Source: a virus
Reading direction: 5' to 3' (one strand)
Virus record (IMG/VR): IMGVR_UViG_3300037467_000723
Length of the DNA: 64,000 nt
In this document: positions 62,256-64,000 of the stretch, one piece after another
Layout: every line of letters starts with the position of its first letter
Position numbering within the stretch: position 1 is the first letter of the stretch
Position numbers and translations under genes: made by a program
Notes under the pieces: generated by a model
The model's database searches: none
The model's input: only the letters and a program-made list of their open reading frames with translations
What the model was told of the DNA's origin: nothing

Positions 62256-62599
62256 TTAGTTTGCGGCTACTCTGCGCCACCGCACGGGCTACTAAAAAGT
62301 CCGACTAGCTTGGCTGGGCGATCGTAATGCTCCAGCTTGGGTCGGTTCCAGGTTGAGTCTTCACGACTCGTTTCATAGTTTCTTCTTGACTGTGATGCGA
62401 TTAGGTCACAATCGGCTTGAACATCAATGAATCGCTTCACCCTATAAATAGAAGAAGAATAGTTGACGCAACCTACAGCTTGTGGCCGTAATTACCGTCT
62501 GGGCAAGGCATTTACACGACGAGGTCGACACCTTGGATGAACTCTACCCACGATCATAGATATACCGCTATGCCGGTAAAATAAAAACGCCCCACATCG

Positions 62600-62880
62600 G
62601 CCCCTTCGAATCGGGTCGATATAGAACGTTTAATTAACGTGTTTCTAATATGTGAGAGTACTAGACGTATATAACGTATATTACGTATGTCTCTAATAAT
62701 GTTATACCAACAAGACATTAATGACTTCGTAATAGAATTGCCACAGGCAATTCAATTAAATAAGTGATTTTCTTATTTAATTTATAACGTATCTTTAAAG
62801 ACGTTTTAACGTTTAACGTTATTACGTTTACCCCCTCATATATATAAACAATGACGGGCCTGTTTTCCTTACAAGAAATC
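62600..62880. repeat. AT-rich terminal region with AACGT(A/T) repeats and a palindrome (gaattgcc-aca-ggcaattc at about 62731-62749)
   Basis: acgtatataacgtatattacgtatg; ttaacgtttaacgttattacgtttaccc; candidate packaging/regulatory region. Confidence 0.4.
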
Positions 62881-63079
62881 GAAAGTTTTTTTCGACAAAA
62901 TGTTGCACGAGGGCAAACCCCTTACGTACCAAGGGTTACAGAAGTTGTCTGAAAATATAAACTTTTTAACGCTTGTAAGGAAACTTTCCGCGCCTGAACG
63001 TCCAACCCGTCATTTCGATGCTGCAACAGGTCACTCGTGTCCAGTGGTCATTCGTGTCCAGGACGTTTATGTCTACTTG

Positions 63080-63454
63080 CTAACTGAGCTCACGGATCTT
63101 CTGGGCCAGGTAATCGATAGCGACCATTACGTCAATTTCACGCTTCAACGCATCCTCGATCACATGCAGCACACCACCGGCTTGTTTCGAGTTTTTAACC
63201 GGGATCCCGATATAACGTTTGCCGCCAATTCCGAATTCAACCGCTGGTCTATGTAGATGATTGACTTCGACGTCCTGGATGTCTACTGCAGCATAAATGT
63301 CTGATCCACCATCGGTGTCTTTGGTAGCGACCAACGCCAATCTACCGTGCTCTCCCATTTTCAGCGGCACAACCACGGCCCCGGGATCGCCCACCTTCGT
63401 ATGCATTTCCACTTTCTCCCACGCAACGTCCATCGGTAACTTGATTGTTATCAT
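63080..63454 (-). CDS. hypothetical protein (124 aa)
   Basis: start MITIKL with ribosome-binding site gggagatgg; preferred over the antisense + ORF 62900..63256. Confidence 0.4.
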   Translation of the reverse strand: MITIKLPMDVAWEKVEMHTKVGDPGAVVVPLKMGEHGRLALVATKDTDGGSDIYAAVDIQDVEVNHLHRPAVEFGIGGKRYIGIPVKNSKQAGGVLHVIEDALKREIDVMVAIDYLAQKIRELS

Positions 63455-64000
63455 GTAAACCATCTCCCATTCGTCTATTTACGTATATCATACCACATAT
63501 TATCGACATGTAAACACCATCGAGTTTTGAAATTTATAAAAAATTTTTAAAATCGTTTTTGCGTTTTGACGTTTACCCTTTTTGCGGCAACGGGGGGGCC
63601 TCGTTTAACCAGTTGGTTGACGACATTGATCAGTCATCAGCAGCCATCACCGTCCATCGGACGTCCATCTTCGTCATCGGCCGCTTCGTCCGCAGATTCG
63701 AGTTTTGATAATGACGTTTATTTTACACCAGGCATGGTCTTTTTTCGGCTCGTCGGCTTGGCGTGATGGGGTACCCCGGGTAGGTATAGTTGTAAATAAA
63801 TGTTAATATTAAACAATAATCGTTCGATAACTGTTTATTATACGTGAAAATCCTTATTTATCAACGTTTTCGGTGCCTGGTAACGAATATTCGTTCTATT
63901 TTGTTCCGGATCGTTTGTTTTTCTTTTTTCCGGATCTCTCTTTTTTCGTTTGGTCGGGCCCGGGGTTTTTTGTTCTATATGTCCATGGCCGCTATACACC

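Noticed and set aside
62900-63256. + strand ORF of 118 aa
   Set aside because: It overlaps the - strand ORF 63080..63454, which has a good ribosome-binding site and more protein-like composition. The + ORF has no ribosome-binding site and reads like an antisense artefact.

Overview
This window reads as a complete or nearly complete tailed-phage genome of about 64 kb, from a Firmicutes (Bacillus/Paenibacillus-like) host. All calls are from reading the sequence by hand. I ran no searches, so every family assignment is motif-level inference and needs confirmation.

Layout:
- The left arm (about 100-37700, + strand) carries early and middle genes. These include many small ORFs, two XRE-type regulators and a SinI-like peptide. 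They also include a plasmid-like maintenance block: a replication initiator with internal iterons, a small serine recombinase, and an actin-like ParM/ParR pair with centromere-like repeats. A divergent CI-like repressor sits with a membrane protein. The replication genes are DnaC-like loader, DnaB-like helicase, DnaG-type primase, a gp32-like SSB and a family-A DNA polymerase. A phage sigma factor and a second sigma region-4-like protein are present. Nucleotide-metabolism genes are NrdE/NrdF, a thioredoxin-like protein, ThyX, an HD hydrolase, a P-loop kinase and a MazG-like protein. Other calls are a RusA resolvase, a Cas4-like nuclease, two HNH endonucleases and a DUF2829 (Tad2-like) protein.
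- The right arm (37860-61657, - strand) carries late genes. In order of position these are a small accessory island with two HTH regulators, holin, HNH, amidase endolysin, an XhlA-like protein, tail fiber, baseplate, tape measure, G/GT chaperones with a -1 frameshift site, major tail protein, head-tail proteins, major capsid protein, scaffold, portal, TerL and TerS.
- Downstream of TerS there is a cluster of four tRNA-like genes on the - strand (61790-62260), followed by an AT-rich repeat-laden non-coding terminal region.

Most notable observations:
- Six canonical type I hammerhead ribozymes (CUGANGAG ... CGAAAC ... GUC) sit in six consecutive intergenic gaps of the first early operon, between 671 and 4239.
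- A strictly conserved bipartite motif, CGTTACAAA-N9-GGGCCGGACTGT, occurs eight times. Each copy sits just upstream of a middle or late gene and usually follows a T-rich terminator. I read it as a phage-specific promoter, possibly for the phage-encoded sigma.
- A GTAC-rich paired 7-mer element (TGTGTAC / GTACACA) lies just upstream of the ribosome-binding sites of the capsid, portal, tail-fiber and lysis-region genes.
- The combination of an iteron-containing replication initiator, a recombinase, ParM/ParR and a repressor suggests a phage-plasmid (episomal prophage) lifestyle.
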